From the NCBI GenBank assembly GCA_958009085.1, contig OY253668.1, positions 1,984,001 to 2,048,000 of the forward strand: DNA of 64,000 nucleotides, given 5' to 3'. A model generated the notes under the pieces. The model was not told where the DNA came from. It worked only from the letters and a program-made list of their open reading frames with translations, and did not search any database. The stretch is from Protoeuglena noctilucae. Lineage: Eukaryota. This document shows positions 60,901 to 64,000 of this stretch, one piece after another; positions within the stretch are counted from its first letter, which is position 1; every line of letters begins with the position of its first letter. The position numbers and the translations under genes are program-made.

Positions 60901-62854
60901 TGTCAGACGCCCACGCCAGCGACCGCCCCTCCGTGCCCTCGATGGGACGCGCCAGCACCTGCCGATTGGTTGCCAGGTCCTTCACGTGCAAGGCGTATCT
61001 CTCGTTGCCCACCGTGTCGACCGCGTATGCCAGCAGGCGGTGGTCGGGGCTCACTACCGCGCGGCCCACCATGAAGAAGGAGTGGCCGCGGCTCTCCTGA
61101 GAGAGAGGAGGGAGGGGGCGGGTGGTGTTATTGGTACTGGGAATGAAAAATCAAGGCTCTCATGGGGGAGAGAGAGAGAGGGAGTGGGTGGATGGGTATC
61201 GCGGCTCTCCTGAGAGAGAGGGAGGGGGTGAGGGGGTGAGTGAGTGGTAATGGTGGTGAGAACGAACGACAACAGCTCATTTGGGGGGGGGGTGAGAGAG
61301 GGGTTGGGTGGTAATGTTGGTGAGAAGGAGTGGCCGCGGCTGTCCTGAGAGAAAAAGGGGAGTGCGTGGGTGTTGTTCAGAAGAATAGTATCACCCATAA
61401 TCTTATCTAAATACCACTAACGACTCCAATAATGCATCCCCATCCCTCGCCTCACTTCAGCCCATCACCCCATCACCCATCTCCATCTCTTGCCTTGTTC
61501 TCGTCCAGCATGACTTGCTCATCCATGCTCTCATCCATCACGTCATCCACCGACGGACAGCGGTGGATCTGGGACGCGGGGACCTTGCGGCGGCAGTGGC
61601 TGCGGTACTGGAGGCCTGAGAGTGATGAGGTGGGTGAGATGAGGAGATGAGGGAAGGGAAGGGTGATAGGGGAGTGAGAGAGAGTGGGGATGAGAGGGGC
61701 AGTTGCTGCGGTACTGGAGGCCTGCGAGGGTGGGTGATGTGGGTGACATGGGGGGTGTGAGTGAGTGGGGATGAGATAAAGTGGTTGGGTGCACACGATT
61801 AACGCCAACATAGTGTTGATAGAGAGAGAGACCCCAGCAGAGCATCGTTGCCATGCATCCTTGCATCGTTGCATCATGGTCCACACCCATGCTCGCTCGC
61901 CTTCGTAGGTGCGCGAGTAGTAGAGGTACTGACCCTTGCGCACCGGCGCAGAGATGTCGGCTTCCTGAGAGGGGCAGGCGTGGGGGGTGGCAGTCGCACG
62001 TTGCAGCTGGCATGCCTGCCAACACCATGCTGCGCTGATATCAGAGACAGCCCCACACGTGCCTGCTTGCCTGCTCGCCACCACCGTGCTGTGATAGTTA
62101 TCAAAGACAGTCCACACACGCATGCCATGCCACTGTCCAACCCCGCCCATCTGCTCACCTGCAGCCGCCCCCTCATCTCCTGAAACAGCGACTCTTGCAG
62201 GTCCACGGTGTCCGCCATCATCGCCTTGGTGTAGGCATTCTGGGGGCCAAGCGGGGAGAGAGTGGGGCATCAGGACACCGCAGCACGTCGACGGTACAAA
62301 GGATAGCTAAAGGAGAGCATGCTGTGTCGTGCTCCAGCACTTGAGACCATCGCCCCATCGGCAACACCCATCCCATACCTCTGCATCCAGGTACTGGATG
62401 ACGTCCGGCCGCTTGCGCTCGTCGTCCCTGCATAAGAGCAAAGCGAGACTGGTTACACAGCATGCGCCACACGCCTCTCCACCACCACCGCACAAGCTGC
62501 GACGACAGCTGCGGCGCACAAAGCGACTTAAACAAGCACCAGATGATCTCTCCTCGACTGCACAGCCATCCGCACAGTCACCTTAGCCAGTAATACTCGT
62601 CAATGCGCTCGTCCCCCGTCAGCTCAGACTTGAGGACGTGGGGGCGGCGATCAGCGACGGGTGCGGGGACCATGGCGGCACGCGCGCGCTCCACCTCCGC
62701 ATCCGATGCGCCCGATGCAACCTGGGCGAGGGAAAGATAAGGAGACGCGGGTCCGGCAAGCTGCTCGCGCTGTCATTAAGCAAACAAAGCTGCAGCAACC
62801 CACCAGCGTGACGAGGGCGCGCTTCTCCGCGTCCCGGACGCCTGGGCGCGGCAT
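57945..62854 (-). CDS. Oligopeptidase B (protease II, family S9A); multi-exon
   Basis: [36 protein letters not shown], catalytic Ser motif [18 protein letters not shown] (Asp) and MGAGHF (His). The start is uncertain: ATG 62854 or 62673. Confidence 0.93.
60238..60352. repeat. Degenerate intronic minisatellite (CACTGCTACCCCCACCC-like units)
   Basis: Four copies of cactgctacc separated by cccaca/cccata tracts in an oligopeptidase B intron. Confidence 0.7.
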
Positions 62855-63441
62855 CCCACGCAGCAAGTGACCCCGACCGTTCTACGAGGAATGACGAATG
62901 CGGTGTATGCGGTGACGGGGGGACGCGGCACCCGGCCGCTGACGATGGAGAAAGAAGAGCCTTTCTTTCCTCACCCTGCGCGCTTTCTTGACGTCGCTCA
63001 TCACAGACCGCAGCGGACCAAAGTTTCCATTGATATCGCCCTTGGGATCGAGGACGAAACGCCGCACCTGCCGCGCGATCCTGCAGCGAAGTGGAACTTC
63101 TCCCCGTGAAGCTCACGCTCTGGCCGGATGGCCGATTGCAGTAGCCGAGCAGATTCCATGACATTCAATCCATCGCATCGTGGTGCGGATCGCGCCCGCC
63201 TCGGCGAGCCTCACCCCGCAGCGGCCAGCACCACCGCTGCCGCCATGACTGACTGCTTCGCCCTGTCCCCAGCCATCCTGGCCACGCAAGCAGGCTCGGC
63301 AGCCCACTGGAGTTCTCCCGAGGAGGGCGGCGAGTTCCATTAACAGTCAGGGTTGCACTGCACACTGGCATCGTTCCCGACGTCTGACCCTCGTTCACAC
63401 TTGCAGCTATGTTCGCCAAGCAAACCACTCCCCGCAGCAAC

Positions 63442-64000
63442 TCATGCCGTCGCCGCGGCGCCCTGTCCCCAGCTATGCTCGTGGATGTGAGCGGCCGCGA
63501 GCGCCTGCAGAATTGTGACCCTAAGCGCCGTCACCGCCCCGGCTAATGGAGCCCCACGCCCCTCTTCTTCCCCATCCATCGCATCGTCGTCACCCGGTCC
63601 GCCCCGCCCCTCCTCGGCCGCATCCAGGCACTCCAGCAGCGCGTGGACGTCAGAGACTGACAGGCGGAAGGACCCCAGCCCCTGCAGCAGTGACCGCGCG
63701 TGCAGCAGCACCTCTACACGCTCCGCGTCCGCACAGAAGCCGCCGGGGCCCACCAGGCAAAGCAGCGACAACTGGGGATGGGTGAAGAGGGGGGGCAGGG
63801 TCACGCAGAGCAGCGTGCAGGTGCAGGCGACATGTGCAGAAGAACGGTGCACCTCCTGTCAATGTGACTGTGACTGCGACTGGCCCGCAACGATCGACCA
63901 ATGATCAATGCCCCACTCGCCTTGGCCCGGCCAGCCGCCGTCTCTGCCCCGCTCCCCGCCCCCTCCGCCCCCTCCCTCCCCACCACCTCCCTCGCACTGC
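63442..64000 (-). CDS. 3' end of a hypothetical protein gene entering from beyond the window
   Basis: Exon ...AETAAGRAK with a GC donor at 63920 joins a terminal exon LSLLCLVGPGGFCADAERVEVLLHARSLL...AAATA*. I recognise no family. Confidence 0.55.

Noticed and set aside
1..64000. tRNA, rRNA, transposase or reverse-transcriptase genes, prokaryotic operons
   Set aside because: None recognised by eye. A covariance-model or HMM scan would be needed to exclude small RNAs.

Overview
GC-rich, intron-dense eukaryotic DNA, consistent with a chlorophyte green alga. Most entries in the ORF track are spurious, and I assembled the real genes by hand from splice signals. I support 13 protein-coding genes: an IAH1-like GDSL esterase (partial), an FG-repeat SAC3/GANP protein spanning a 200-N gap, a small ankyrin protein, two divergently transcribed TmcB/FixL-like multi-PAS membrane proteins, the TFIIH helicase XPB, a stand-alone anticodon-binding-domain protein, a coiled-coil hypothetical, a P2B Ca2+-ATPase, a B12D/NDUFA4-like protein absent from the ORF track, a signal-peptide MsrA-like protein, oligopeptidase B and a partial hypothetical. 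Four patterns stand out. (1) Many introns carry a copy of the neighbouring exon end plus its splice site, and in the clearest cases the copy differs almost only at synonymous positions (XPB: 9 of 15 codons differ, all silent). (2) A near-perfect 232-bp palindrome sits in the short region between the start codons of the two PAS paralogs. (3) About 20 introns use GC donors. (4) Many introns are G-rich at the 5' end and C-rich at the 3' end. Gene ends and start codons are manual inferences without transcript data.
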